A DNA stretch of 64,000 bases. Source: Fibrobacterales bacterium. GTDB taxonomy: Bacteria > Fibrobacterota > Fibrobacteria > Fibrobacterales > JAOPTW01. Position 1 is the stretch's first letter. Each line of letters starts with the position of its first letter. The position numbers and the translations under genes were made by a program. The notes beneath the pieces are model-generated. The model was not told the origin of the DNA. It was given only the letters and a program-made list of their open reading frames with translations, and did no database searches. Positions 31,908 through 42,082 of this stretch are shown one piece after another. Location of the stretch: NCBI GenBank assembly GCA_051532035.1, contig JAOPTW010000016.1, positions 64,001-128,000 on the forward strand. Direction: 5' to 3'.

Positions 31908-32192
31908 CTACACCACTTTTTCTAAAACATTTGAATATTCATTCAATACTTCGCACTCGACATACTCTCTAAAATCCTTTTTCACCGGATAAAAGATCTG
32001 TCGAAATTCTTCACCCTTCTGGGTAAACTCCACAGGGTACGAAACAAAAAGTCCATTACTCCCATCATACACCCTGAGGTTCGTCAACTGTAATACATCA
32101 TTGAGTACTACTCGGGCAAGAGCCCTAAGCCGCCCTTCAGATCGGCTCACGGGAAAAATTGAAATATGCGTTATTTTTAACCCTTCATTCAT
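31908..32192 (-). CDS. spoVG: SpoVG family protein (copy 2)
   Basis: LRALARVVLND..LRVYDGSNGLFVSYP...FRQIFYPV. Confidence 0.85.
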   Translation of the reverse strand: MNEGLKITHISIFPVSRSEGRLRALARVVLNDVLQLTNLRVYDGSNGLFVSYPVEFTQKGEEFRQIFYPVKKDFREYVECEVLNEYSNVLEKVV

Positions 32193-32200
32193 GTCGCCCC

Positions 32201-32482
32201 CTATGCTGCTACTGCATTTTGCTCAAACTCTTTCAGTACTGCTTCTTGGATATACTCTTTAAAATCTCTGGTAATAGGATTGTAAATCGAACGATACTCT
32301 TCACCCTCTTTTTTGGGTTCACTCGGATAGGCTACAAAAAGCCCATTGATACTATCATAGATTCTTAGACTACTTAAAGTAATTTGATCATTGAGTACTA
32401 CTCGAGCAAACCCCTTGAGTTTACCTTTTGATTCTGTTAGGGGAAATACATTAAGTTTTGTAATTAAAAGTTGTTGTGACAT
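32201..32482 (-). CDS. spoVG: SpoVG family protein (copy 1)
   Basis: LKGFARVVLND..LRIYDSINGLFVAYPS...YRSIYNPI; AAGGAGG RBS supports the start at 32482. Confidence 0.85.
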   Translation of the reverse strand: MSQQLLITKLNVFPLTESKGKLKGFARVVLNDQITLSSLRIYDSINGLFVAYPSEPKKEGEEYRSIYNPITRDFKEYIQEAVLKEFEQNAVAA

Positions 32483-32538
32483 CACTGCCTCCTTGTATAG
32501 TTTATTGGTTATGTCAAACTCTGACGAATATCCACTTA

Positions 32539-32555
32539 TGCAAGAGGTGTGCCAA
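32539..32555 (-). promoter_or_regulatory. Sigma54 (-24/-12) promoter
   Basis: Minus strand TTGGCAC-ACCTC-TTGCA, consensus sequence and spacing, 57 bp upstream of spoVG copy 1. Confidence 0.8.
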
Positions 32556-32737
32556 CTCGGTTTTTCGGCTACAATCCAACTTTTACCAGTCAAAGCCTCT
32601 CAGCAGTGATGCCTACAACTATCCAGATATGATTACATTTGATTAAAACTGATTAAAAGAGTATACGATGCACACATTTCTCTTTCAGTTCTCATATATA
32701 CTTAGTACTATTAGTATGCTCAGCAACTGGAGAAATC

Positions 32738-33259
32738 ATGGAAACAACATCTACCACAATTCCTTTTCTTGAATCATATCCTTATGAAGTGCTCAACATT
32801 AAAGAGTATCACTACACCAACATTGTACAAGAGCTCCAGGATCATTTTAAACATGCGTCTAAGGTATTTAGCACGATCCCCGACGACAAACTTCACTTTC
32901 GCTACCAACCAGACAAATGGAGTGTTGCAGAGGTACTTGGGCATCTTATTGATCACCATTTACTTTTTATGCACCGAGCGGTCACTTTTGCACGAGGCTT
33001 CGAAAACCCTATTCTCCCTTCCGACGAAAATCTCTGGGTTAAAAATAGTGTCTTAGGTAACAAAAGTTTTCAGACCCTCGTTGATCTCTACGAAAAATCT
33101 TCTACCCTCTTTGAGACCCACATTGTACTCCTCGAAAAAAGCCAGCTTCAACACAGTGGCATTGCAAATAGTATCGAGATGACTATAGAGCAGCTTCTCT
33201 CATATTTCATTCAGCATGAGAAGCACCATTTTGATTTTATTCTTTCACATTATCTGTAA
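32738..33259 (+). CDS. DinB/YfiT-family protein
   Basis: RYQPDKWSVAEVLGHLID and HEKHH. Confidence 0.85.
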   Translation: METTSTTIPFLESYPYEVLNIKEYHYTNIVQELQDHFKHASKVFSTIPDDKLHFRYQPDKWSVAEVLGHLIDHHLLFMHRAVTFARGFENPILPSDENLWVKNSVLGNKSFQTLVDLYEKSSTLFETHIVLLEKSQLQHSGIANSIEMTIEQLLSYFIQHEKHHFDFILSHYL

Positions 33260-33265
33260 TATTCA

Positions 33266-34084
33266 TTACTCAATAACTGATTTGGCATTAGGGTTGAAAG
33301 GATTTGTTCGTATCTCAAGTGAGTAGAGATAGGGATACTGCTCTTGTAGGTGACGGAGATAATTGAGCCACTGCCGGATAAGATGATCATAAACCCGCTT
33401 AAAGTCATTTGCAAGATGCTCCTGATCTTTTTCTGGGAGATCATGAAGCGACTCCCGTGCCCCTATCTCATCCAGAAGGTGTAAGCTTGAGAGCATCACA
33501 TCTGAAAAGTGTTCATTGTCGAGTACATACCGGTTCTCGAGAAGTCGGGAAATGGTATCACGTCGATGCATCACATGCGCTTCGAGAAGATCCAACACCA
33601 CCGCATCAAAGCGAGTCTCAACATCCATCTTCTCTATAGCTTTCTCTGCCTGTATAAATTCTTTAGCGGTCCATTCAGGTGTAACCATAAGTATTTTCTG
33701 TATCTCATTATAGTTTACTATCACTGCTTCTGCATGCCGTAAAATCTCTTTACCAATTTCCTTGAGATACACCCCTACAAGAATATTTATTTTTTGCTTT
33801 TTTATCTCACGCTCTTTTTTGTTCAAGGCAATCTCAGTTAAATTACCCACAAAGGCCAAGAAGGTCGCCACCCCAACTAAAATAACCACTACGGAAATGA
33901 GCCGTCCAATTGTAGTCTCTGGAGCGATATCTCCATATCCCACAGTAGACATGGTAACCAAGCAAAAATAATAGGCATCACTGAGTGATATCCCTTCTGC
34001 AATTGAGAGTAACAATCCACCCAAAACAAAAGTGATACTAAAGGTCAATAGGTAAAATCGTTTTTTGCTCTCTATAGCTATCAT
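33266..34084 (-). CDS. Two-TM potassium channel family protein
   Basis: VTMSTVGYGD selectivity filter; GGAG RBS before ATG 34084. Confidence 0.85.
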   Translation of the reverse strand: MIAIESKKRFYLLTFSITFVLGGLLLSIAEGISLSDAYYFCLVTMSTVGYGDIAPETTIGRLISVVVILVGVATFLAFVGNLTEIALNKKEREIKKQKINILVGVYLKEIGKEILRHAEAVIVNYNEIQKILMVTPEWTAKEFIQAEKAIEKMDVETRFDAVVLDLLEAHVMHRRDTISRLLENRYVLDNEHFSDVMLSSLHLLDEIGARESLHDLPEKDQEHLANDFKRVYDHLIRQWLNYLRHLQEQYPYLYSLEIRTNPFNPNAKSVIE

Positions 34085-34249
34085 AATCACTCCATTCTTT
34101 GGCGATACAAAGATATTAAAACAACAGAGAAGGTCAGTGTTAAAATCCATCCACTCCACTCTATACTATACCATAGTGTACCAGAAAGATTCCACACTAT
34201 TACATAACATTGTTATTTTTCAAAAAACCCAATTATTGAGGAGAACCAT

Positions 34250-35608
34250 ATGGACATTGCATCACTCATATCAACCATTGATGGCTACATCTGGGGCCCT
34301 TGGCTCATGGTTCTCTTAGTAGGAACAGGACTCTATCTTACAATACGTCTCTTTTTTGTACAGTTTAGAGGTTTTAAGCATGGCCTCAAAGTAGTTCGTG
34401 GTGGATTTGATAAAGAGGAAGATGAGGGTGAGATCACCCATTTTCAGGCACTGACTGCCGCACTTTCTGCAACCATAGGAACCGGTAACATCGTTGGAGT
34501 TGCAGCTGCAATTCTCATGGGAGGGCCCGGTGCAGCCTTCTGGATGTGGGTCACTGCTCTTGTGGGGATGGCAACAAAATTTGCATCGTGTACCCTCGCT
34601 GTTCACTATAGAACTATTGATGAAACAGGAGAGGCCCATGGGGGCCCCATGCACTTTATTGAACAGGGAATGGGACCTAAATTTAAATGGCTTGCAATCC
34701 TCTTTGCCGTATTTACCGTTACTGCAAGTTTTGGAATTGGAAATATGTTTCAGATAAATAACGTCGCTACCAGTCTCAACACCCTCTTTAGGGGTGGCAC
34801 TGAGCCAAGCGCGCTCTTTAATGTCATTGTCGGTGTAGTGTTTGCGGTAATGGTCGGTATCGTTATACTGGGCGGTATTAAAAGTATTGGTAAATTTGCA
34901 TCAAAAATAGTGCCTATTATGTGCTTTTTCTATGTAGGGGCAGGCCTGATCATACTGGTTAAAAATATGGGTGCGATACCCGATGCCTTTGGAACCATTT
35001 TTTATTATGCATTCAACACTCCAGAGGCCCTTGCCGGCGGCCTTCTGGGTACGGTAATTCGCGCTGGCGTTGCACGAGGGCTCTTCTCTAACGAGGCAGG
35101 CATGGGCTCAGCAGCTATGGCTCACGGCGCCGCAAAGACGAGCGAGCCAGTACGTGAAGGTCTTGTCGCTATGCTTGGCCCATTTATTGATACCATTGTA
35201 ATATGCTCTATCACAGCGCTCGTCATTATCATTACGGGTGCCCACGAAATTCAAGACATCGCAAAAGGTGAACTCACCGGCAAAGCATTTGAAATAGGAC
35301 TAGGGAGCAGTATTGGCTCTCAACTTGTCGCTATTGGAGTTATCTTCTTCTCATTCTCCACACTCATTTCATGGTCCTATTATGGAGATCGTGCAGCCGA
35401 TTACCTGTTTGGCAAAAAAGCCGTTGTCCCCTATCGATATATTTACCTCGGATTTATTATCATTGGCGCCACCATTAAAATTGGCACTGTGATTGATTTC
35501 TCCGATGCAATGAATGGCCTTATGGTTATTCCTAATCTTATTGCACTTATAGTACTTTCACCTGTTGTTGTAAAACTTACCAAAGACTATTTTGCACGAA
35601 TGAACTAA
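34250..35608 (+). CDS. Alanine/glycine:cation symporter (AGCS family)
   Basis: ATIGTGNIVGVA, GGPGA.FWMW and RGLFSNEAGMGS. Confidence 0.92.
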   Translation: MDIASLISTIDGYIWGPWLMVLLVGTGLYLTIRLFFVQFRGFKHGLKVVRGGFDKEEDEGEITHFQALTAALSATIGTGNIVGVAAAILMGGPGAAFWMWVTALVGMATKFASCTLAVHYRTIDETGEAHGGPMHFIEQGMGPKFKWLAILFAVFTVTASFGIGNMFQINNVATSLNTLFRGGTEPSALFNVIVGVVFAVMVGIVILGGIKSIGKFASKIVPIMCFFYVGAGLIILVKNMGAIPDAFGTIFYYAFNTPEALAGGLLGTVIRAGVARGLFSNEAGMGSAAMAHGAAKTSEPVREGLVAMLGPFIDTIVICSITALVIIITGAHEIQDIAKGELTGKAFEIGLGSSIGSQLVAIGVIFFSFSTLISWSYYGDRAADYLFGKKAVVPYRYIYLGFIIIGATIKIGTVIDFSDAMNGLMVIPNLIALIVLSPVVVKLTKDYFARMN

Positions 35609-35671
35609 CTTTTACACCCACCACCGATACCCAGTTCTGGTGGGCCCACCTTTACCCTAATTGAGAATGAT

Positions 35672-36100
35672 ATGAAACTATTAATACCACTAAACATTGA
35701 TGAAGAAACCAATCTCATAGTCGCCTATATTGAGAAACTCATTCAAAGTATTCCCGGATCAGAGCTCTTTTTTCTCCATGTCCTCAAACCTGATGACATC
35801 AAATATGATTATGACAAGAACTCAACCACCAAAGAGAGTTATAAAAATACATTTGTGGGTTATAAAAAACTTGAGAGAATCGTACAAGGGTTCCTTGATC
35901 AAAGTATTGAAACCAATGATCTCGTGAAAAAAGGTATACCACACGAAGTGATTCTCAAAGAAGCTGAGCGGTTAGAGGCCGACATGATCATTATTGGAGC
36001 ATCGCACCAAAATGCTTTTATCGAAGCCATCGCTGGAAGCGTCCCTCTAAAAATTCTTCAAAATAGTACACTACCGGTTCTTGTAGTTCCAGATGCGTAA
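35672..36100 (+). CDS. Universal stress protein
   Basis: GIPHEVIL..ADMIIIGAS...GSV...PVLVVP. Confidence 0.85.
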   Translation: MKLLIPLNIDEETNLIVAYIEKLIQSIPGSELFFLHVLKPDDIKYDYDKNSTTKESYKNTFVGYKKLERIVQGFLDQSIETNDLVKKGIPHEVILKEAERLEADMIIIGASHQNAFIEAIAGSVPLKILQNSTLPVLVVPDA

Positions 36101-36134
36101 CAGAGAGTAAGTATTAGAAATTGGTTTTTAGGCA

Positions 36135-36194
36135 AAAAAAAATATCTTTGAGAGATAAGTTATTTAGCCAGGAACCAATTCTCAAAGATATTTT
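36135..36194 (-). terminator. Long inverted repeat/terminator between convergent units
   Basis: AAAATATCTTTGAGA (36139-36153) and TCTCAAAGATATTTT (36180-36194), with a T run on the minus strand. Confidence 0.55.
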
Positions 36195-36482
36195 AATCTT
36201 GGGGTAAAGGTCGGGTAACCCCAATATTAACTAGTAGTAATGAACAAGCAACCTGCCCGAAGGCCTGTTACTAACAGCTAATATAGCCACTAACCCTTGA
36301 GCAAACAACTGATATCTAGGCGAGTAGCCCTATGTTAATCACATGTTACAAAACGATGACATTTAGGGGTTCATCACTCTTTAGGCATCACTCTTAAACG
36401 CACAATAGCCTCATCTAACAGCATATTTGTAAATTTATCTTTACTCTTCAAAGCCATTAGAGTCATTTTATTTTTACACCAG

Positions 36483-37931
36483 CTATTTTGTATTAGGCAT
36501 TACGTAAGAAAGAATATAACAGAACACAAGCGTCATACTAAAGTTAAGAGCACCGTAATAGTGCAAGGCCAACACGTCTACCTGGGTTAACACCAACACA
36601 CTCGCTATAAAACCTAAAACTCCCCCAACAAACACACCGTTACTCGTACATCGTTTACTAAACATACCCAGTAGCATAATTGCACAGAGTGGCGCCCCTA
36701 ATCCATTGATCAAAACATTAATCATCTTGAATATACTTTGATGTGGGCCAATAAATGACATCAGCATAAGAGCCATAAGAGTTACTACCCCACCCAGAAG
36801 TACCGTCATAAGAGTCAACTCTCGTCTTTTCGGATCAACGTCCATCACGCGCCGCCTAAAGTCTACCGACCAAACGGTCACACAGGAGTGCACGCCAGAG
36901 TCAACACTCGACATGGTAGCAGCCATAAGGCCTGAAGCAACAAGCCCTGCAACACCAATAGGCATCGCCTTTAACATAATGCCCATATATTTCAGTGGAG
37001 GCAACCCTTGCTGAATAATGCCACTTTGAACAGCATAAGAGTAAATCGCTAAACCAAAGAAAGCAAGGAGTAATAACGCAACAATTGCAACTGTAGCATT
37101 GAGCCAAAGTGCTTTGCGTACATCAGCTATTGACGGGGCGGTAAAATAGCGCTGCACAACCACCTGATCAGAGCTGTAACGAGTGATAAAAGCCACCATC
37201 GTCCCAATAATTCCACTCCAAAAACTTATCCTCATGGTTGGATCTAAAGAGAAAAATTGGGGATCAAAAGGGGCTATTGGCATAAGCCTCCCTCCACCAT
37301 AGAGGTTACTCAACACACCAATGATTCCCTCGCCATGGAATGCTATGGCATAAGATACTGCAACAACGATACCCCCAAACAATACAAAGAACTGAAGCAT
37401 ATCAGTCATCATAACTGATCGCATACCACCAATGGCGGTATACAGGGTGGCGATAACTCCTGATGTAATAATGACTCCTTCAATGGGGAACCCAAGTGTT
37501 GCTTGAAGAATTCTGCCGGCAGCATACAGCGCAACCGCCATCCAAGTGACACGCCAAATAATAAAAAAGCTACTCGCTAACATACGCACCCGGACATCAT
37601 ATTTCTCTTCGAGAATTTCATACACCGAAACGATGGAACGACCGCATAGATTGGGTAGTATCCAACGGCTCAACGGATAGATAACCAATAAAAATACTGG
37701 TAAGGCAATCAAGACATACAGCCCATTTTTAAAAACTTCGGACGGAAACGCCATAAAGTTTATAGAGCTAAAAGCAGTAATCATTACTGAGATCCCCACA
37801 GGAAACCAATGCATTGTTTTGCCAGCCGTATAAAAAGATTCGTTTTGAAGAGTCCCTCTCCTAACATATAAGCCAATGGCAAACACAACCACTAAATAGG
37901 TTACAAATACTGTGATATCAATTACAGTCAT
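36483..37931 (-). CDS. Sodium:solute symporter (SSS family)
   Basis: YTAIGGMRSVMMTDMLQ, DQVVVQRY and AATMSSVDS. Confidence 0.9.
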   Translation of the reverse strand: MTVIDITVFVTYLVVVFAIGLYVRRGTLQNESFYTAGKTMHWFPVGISVMITAFSSINFMAFPSEVFKNGLYVLIALPVFLLVIYPLSRWILPNLCGRSIVSVYEILEEKYDVRVRMLASSFFIIWRVTWMAVALYAAGRILQATLGFPIEGVIITSGVIATLYTAIGGMRSVMMTDMLQFFVLFGGIVVAVSYAIAFHGEGIIGVLSNLYGGGRLMPIAPFDPQFFSLDPTMRISFWSGIIGTMVAFITRYSSDQVVVQRYFTAPSIADVRKALWLNATVAIVALLLLAFFGLAIYSYAVQSGIIQQGLPPLKYMGIMLKAMPIGVAGLVASGLMAATMSSVDSGVHSCVTVWSVDFRRRVMDVDPKRRELTLMTVLLGGVVTLMALMLMSFIGPHQSIFKMINVLINGLGAPLCAIMLLGMFSKRCTSNGVFVGGVLGFIASVLVLTQVDVLALHYYGALNFSMTLVFCYILSYVMPNTK

Positions 37932-38150
37932 AGTTTCTCCTTATCATTCTGACAAATATAATTTATTCTTTATTTTTACATTACTCCATCATCATCCCGT
38001 TCAACAAACAACAGGCAAAAGCGCTTACTTTTACCATCAATACAAGACCCAAACCCCCTTTCCATAAGGGTTTAGCGACAATTTTCCTATTGACCACCCC
38101 CACTACATATTAATAGATTAGCCCTAAATCACAAAACAAGCAAGGGTGTA

Positions 38151-38534
38151 ATGGCTCAGGAATGGTTTCATTTTGAACCGAAAGGCAAAGTTCTACATAT
38201 TACCTTAAAAGGGCAATGGGACGAGAATACCGCTAAAACATACTGTGAAGAGTATCAGAAATTTGCATCACAATTTTCTGATGATTCTTGGGGCAAACTT
38301 GTAGATGCCACCAAATGGGACTGCGCATCGTTGAGTAGCGAAAAGCATTTAAGAAAACTCGTAGACTGGTCTAAAAAGAACAACCTGATCTTTCAGATCA
38401 ATGTTACGAACAACAGCACAATGAAGACTTTTCAAATTCAAAAAATATTCAAAAACAAAGGCCCCATAGACACACATTACGTCAACACCAAGGCCGATGC
38501 CATTAAGTGGCTCCAAGAGAACGGACACTCATAA
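38151..38534 (+). CDS. STAS/SEC14 (SpoIIAA-like) domain protein
   Basis: LHITLKGQWD...LVDATKW...ADAIKWL pattern. Confidence 0.6.
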   Translation: MAQEWFHFEPKGKVLHITLKGQWDENTAKTYCEEYQKFASQFSDDSWGKLVDATKWDCASLSSEKHLRKLVDWSKKNNLIFQINVTNNSTMKTFQIQKIFKNKGPIDTHYVNTKADAIKWLQENGHS

Positions 38535-38589
38535 AGACCTCATTTCACCCCTTTGAGTATATTATTAAGGGTGAAAATAAAAAAATTAC

Positions 38590-38630
38590 AAAAATGCACT
38601 GCTTACCATATGTAAGCAGTGCATTTTTGT
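38590..38630. terminator. Bidirectional terminator
   Basis: AAAATGCACTGCTTAC-catat-GTAAGCAGTGCATTTT between convergent genes. Confidence 0.8.
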
Positions 38631-38653
38631 AGACTAAAATTACTCAAAAGCGC

Positions 38654-39586
38654 CTAATAATTTCCTAACATAATCATACTATGCTCATCGGGATCAAATC
38701 CATGGGGAAATTTAGTACGTCTATTATATGATGCCTCATAAAAGTCAGCACCATCTACATCTGCCTGAGAAAAATCCGCACCACAGAGATTAGCCATATT
38801 AAAATTACAGTCCGTAAGATTCGCATCATTAAATTTGCAAAAAATGAGATCGCCAAATGAGAGATTTGATCCACTCAAATCAGCCCCCGAGAAGTCAACT
38901 GTTGGGAATTTTGCAGCCATAAACTCAGATTCAGCTAGGTCTTCATCCTGATAATGGGCACCAAATGACGCAAGCATTCTTACAAAATCTCTATGCCCCG
39001 AAACAGCAGCCAACAGCATTGCCGTAGCACCAAACTTATCTTTCACATTAAAATCTGCACCAGCCCGCACTAACAACTCACCCATTGAGGTATACCCTTT
39101 ATGAGCAGCAATCAACAGCGCACTTGCATTATCAGTATTGAGTGCATTAAGGTCTGCACCCGCGCCAAGAAGGTACTCCACCAGTCCCAAATTATTATAG
39201 TTTACCGCCCACATCAATACGCTAATACCACGATTATCACGAGCATGAATATCGGAACCACGCTTCACCAACAGATCCGCCATTTTTGCATTGGTACAGG
39301 CCGCTATAGACATAAGTACTGTTACCCCAAATTCATCACGAGCATTAACATCAGCCCCATGATCGATCAATAACTGAGCACCAGAACTGTACCCAAGAAA
39401 CAACAATGTGCTTAACGGCCATATTCCTAACTCATTTTGTGCATTAACATTGGCACCCTGAGTAACGTGATTTTTCAAGGTAGGGAGGTGACCACTCTCG
39501 ATGGCATTCCAGAATTCTTTATTATGAGATGTTGGCTCTATCATTATGTCATCCTTAACTGAGATAGGTTTGCTGTAATCATCCAT
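38654..39586 (-). CDS. Ankyrin-repeat plus pentapeptide-repeat protein
   Basis: About five ankyrin repeats (GADVNARD..G.T.LM); C-terminal FSGADLSGSNLS...ANLCGADFSQADV. Confidence 0.9.
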   Translation of the reverse strand: MDDYSKPISVKDDIMIEPTSHNKEFWNAIESGHLPTLKNHVTQGANVNAQNELGIWPLSTLLFLGYSSGAQLLIDHGADVNARDEFGVTVLMSIAACTNAKMADLLVKRGSDIHARDNRGISVLMWAVNYNNLGLVEYLLGAGADLNALNTDNASALLIAAHKGYTSMGELLVRAGADFNVKDKFGATAMLLAAVSGHRDFVRMLASFGAHYQDEDLAESEFMAAKFPTVDFSGADLSGSNLSFGDLIFCKFNDANLTDCNFNMANLCGADFSQADVDGADFYEASYNRRTKFPHGFDPDEHSMIMLGNY

Positions 39587-39918
39587 GACTACACTATAAG
39601 TATCGTCTTACTCCCCATAATCATTAACACTTTTTTACATAAAACCGCCTTTTTTGCCAAAAAAAAGCAATTTTTAACCCTATTACTCAGACACAAGTTA
39701 AAGTAAAACTAGAATCAGTTTTTCACAATTCCCCCTGCAGTATGCATATGCACTTATCCCTAACAATTGAGTCGGAATCCTTTACTTTAATTTTGACTTA
39801 AGTTATACTATGCCATGACTAATACTTCTGTGCGATCACCCAGAGCAAATTACTCTGTGAAGCTTTAGACACACGATACACCAGTGATTTCATTGACAAC
39901 AACAAAAGCCACATACTT

Positions 39919-42000
39919 ATGAACTATTACGACCTTGAACACGGCAGACCTTTTCCTTTTGGCGCCAGCTATATCCCTGAACTTTTCGCCTATAACTTCG
40001 CCCTCTATTCAAAATACTCTTCATCAGTCACCCTTCACTTCTATCTTGCCGATGACTGTACCAACCCTTTTTATAGCAAGATCTTTAACTTTATCATCAA
40101 TAAAACCCGGGGCACTTGGCACTGTCTTGTACCCGAATGTGATATTAAGGGAGCCGTCTATTATTCATACGAAGTCGATGGTCCTTATGAGCCACATAAC
40201 GGATACCTTTTTAATCCCAATAAGGTACTCTTTGACCCCTATGCGAAAGCACTCCATTTCCCCAAGGACTACTCACGCATAAGCGCTCTTGGTAAGGAAG
40301 AAAATTATGGCAAGGCAGCACTGGGTGAACTCCCCCCAATTCACGAGCCTCCCTTTGATTGGGAGAATGACCTCAGCCCACACCACGCTCATGATCTCAT
40401 CATTTATGAAATGCATGTACGCGGCTTTACCCAAAATGAAAACTCTGGGGTTACCCACCGTGGCACTTTTGATGGTATTCGAGAAAAAATCCCCTATCTC
40501 AAAGAACTCGGCATTACCGCAGTAGAGCTTCTCCCCATTCATCAGTACGACCCACAAGAGCATAATTATTGGGGGTATATGACGATGAACTTTTTCGCAC
40601 TCCACCATGAGTACTGTGTGAGTGACGAGTTAATTGCACAAAAGAATGAGTTCAAGCAATTAGTAAAAGAGCTTCACGCAAACGACATTGAAGTAATTCT
40701 CGATGTGGTCTATAATCACACCACAGAAGAAGACCACCGTGGCCCAAGCTACTCATACAGAGGAATTGACAATACCACCTACTACCTTCTCTCTGATGAC
40801 CGTCAGTATTACATAAACGACAGTGGCACTGGTAATGTTCTTCGCGTTTCCAATCGTTATACGAGAACAATGGTTCTTGACAGCTTACGGTATTGGGTCG
40901 AAGAGTTTCATGTGGATGGTTTTAGGTTTGACCTCGCCGCAATATTTACCCGTAACAACGATGGCTCTGTCAATCTCGTCGACCCTCCACTTATTGGTGA
41001 AATCACCAATGACCCCATTCTTGCCAACACTCGCCTTATTGGTGAAGCATGGGATATTGGAAGTTATCAACTTGGACAAGATTTTCCGGGTGTCACCTGG
41101 ATGCAATGGAATGGCAAATACCGCGACGACCTCCGTAGCTTTGTAAAAGGCGAAGACGGCATGGTGCAAAGCCTCATGACCCGCATCTACGGAAGTACCG
41201 ACCTCTTCCCCGAAGACCTCTTCAATGCCTGCCACCCATGGCAAAGTGTTAATTTCATTACTGCTCATGATGGATTTTGTCTCACCGATCTTGTCGCCTA
41301 TAATGAAAAACATAATGAAGTAAACGGCAACAACAACACCGACGGGGATAGTCACAACAGCAGCTGGAATTGCGGCGTTGAAGGGCCAACCGATGATCTT
41401 GCTATTCAAAAGTTACGCAAACGTCAAATCAAAAATTTTATTGCCCTGCTTCTTCTCTCAAATGGGACTCCTATGTTTTCTGCAGGCGATGAATTCATGC
41501 GCACCCAACACGGCAACAACAACCCTTACAACCAAGACACCGATAAAAACTGGCTCGACTGGGATCTTCTCGAAACCAATCGAAACATGTTTACCTTTTT
41601 TCAAAACATGATTGAGTTCAGAAAACAACATCATTCAATTGGGAGAGGTCGTTTTTGGCGTGAAGACATCTCATGGTATGGCCATAAAGGTCCGGTAGAT
41701 TGGAAAGACAATTCTCACTTTCTTGCCTATTGCCTTCACGGCGCTTCAGTTGGTGATAGTGACATCTATGTTATGATCAATGCTCACTGGGAAGCCAAAG
41801 ACTTTTCGGTACAAGAGGGCCACGCCGGCGATTGGAAACTCGTAATCAACACTGCTCTAGATTCAGTCAATACTGTCGTTACAGAAGAGAAAGCTCTCCA
41901 TGTTGAGAGCCTCTGTATTACTGTAGAAGAGCGTTCGATTATTGTATTGATTAAAAAGCCTACAAAACCCCATAAGATCCGCATGTCGAAACAAGGCTAG
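39919..42000 (+). CDS. glgX: Glycogen debranching enzyme/isoamylase (GH13)
   Basis: YEMHVRGFT, NYWGY, DVVYNHT, DGFRFDLA, EAWD and AHDGF. Confidence 0.92.
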   Translation: MNYYDLEHGRPFPFGASYIPELFAYNFALYSKYSSSVTLHFYLADDCTNPFYSKIFNFIINKTRGTWHCLVPECDIKGAVYYSYEVDGPYEPHNGYLFNPNKVLFDPYAKALHFPKDYSRISALGKEENYGKAALGELPPIHEPPFDWENDLSPHHAHDLIIYEMHVRGFTQNENSGVTHRGTFDGIREKIPYLKELGITAVELLPIHQYDPQEHNYWGYMTMNFFALHHEYCVSDELIAQKNEFKQLVKELHANDIEVILDVVYNHTTEEDHRGPSYSYRGIDNTTYYLLSDDRQYYINDSGTGNVLRVSNRYTRTMVLDSLRYWVEEFHVDGFRFDLAAIFTRNNDGSVNLVDPPLIGEITNDPILANTRLIGEAWDIGSYQLGQDFPGVTWMQWNGKYRDDLRSFVKGEDGMVQSLMTRIYGSTDLFPEDLFNACHPWQSVNFITAHDGFCLTDLVAYNEKHNEVNGNNNTDGDSHNSSWNCGVEGPTDDLAIQKLRKRQIKNFIALLLLSNGTPMFSAGDEFMRTQHGNNNPYNQDTDKNWLDWDLLETNRNMFTFFQNMIEFRKQHHSIGRGRFWREDISWYGHKGPVDWKDNSHFLAYCLHGASVGDSDIYVMINAHWEAKDFSVQEGHAGDWKLVINTALDSVNTVVTEEKALHVESLCITVEERSIIVLIKKPTKPHKIRMSKQG

Positions 42001-42006
42001 ATTCTC

Positions 42007-42040
42007 ATTAAAAAAGGAGTGCAAGCACTCCTTTTTTAAT
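42007..42040. terminator. Bidirectional terminator
   Basis: ATTAAAAAAGGAGTGC-aa-GCACTCCTTTTTTAAT between convergent genes. Confidence 0.85.
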
Positions 42041-42082
42041 ATCTACATCCAAAGAGATAGATTATGAGAAACAGGTAATCTC

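Noticed and set aside
32483..32593. N-terminal extension of spoVG copy 1 in the ORF track
   Set aside because: It spans the sigma54 promoter; the strong RBS supports ATG 32482.
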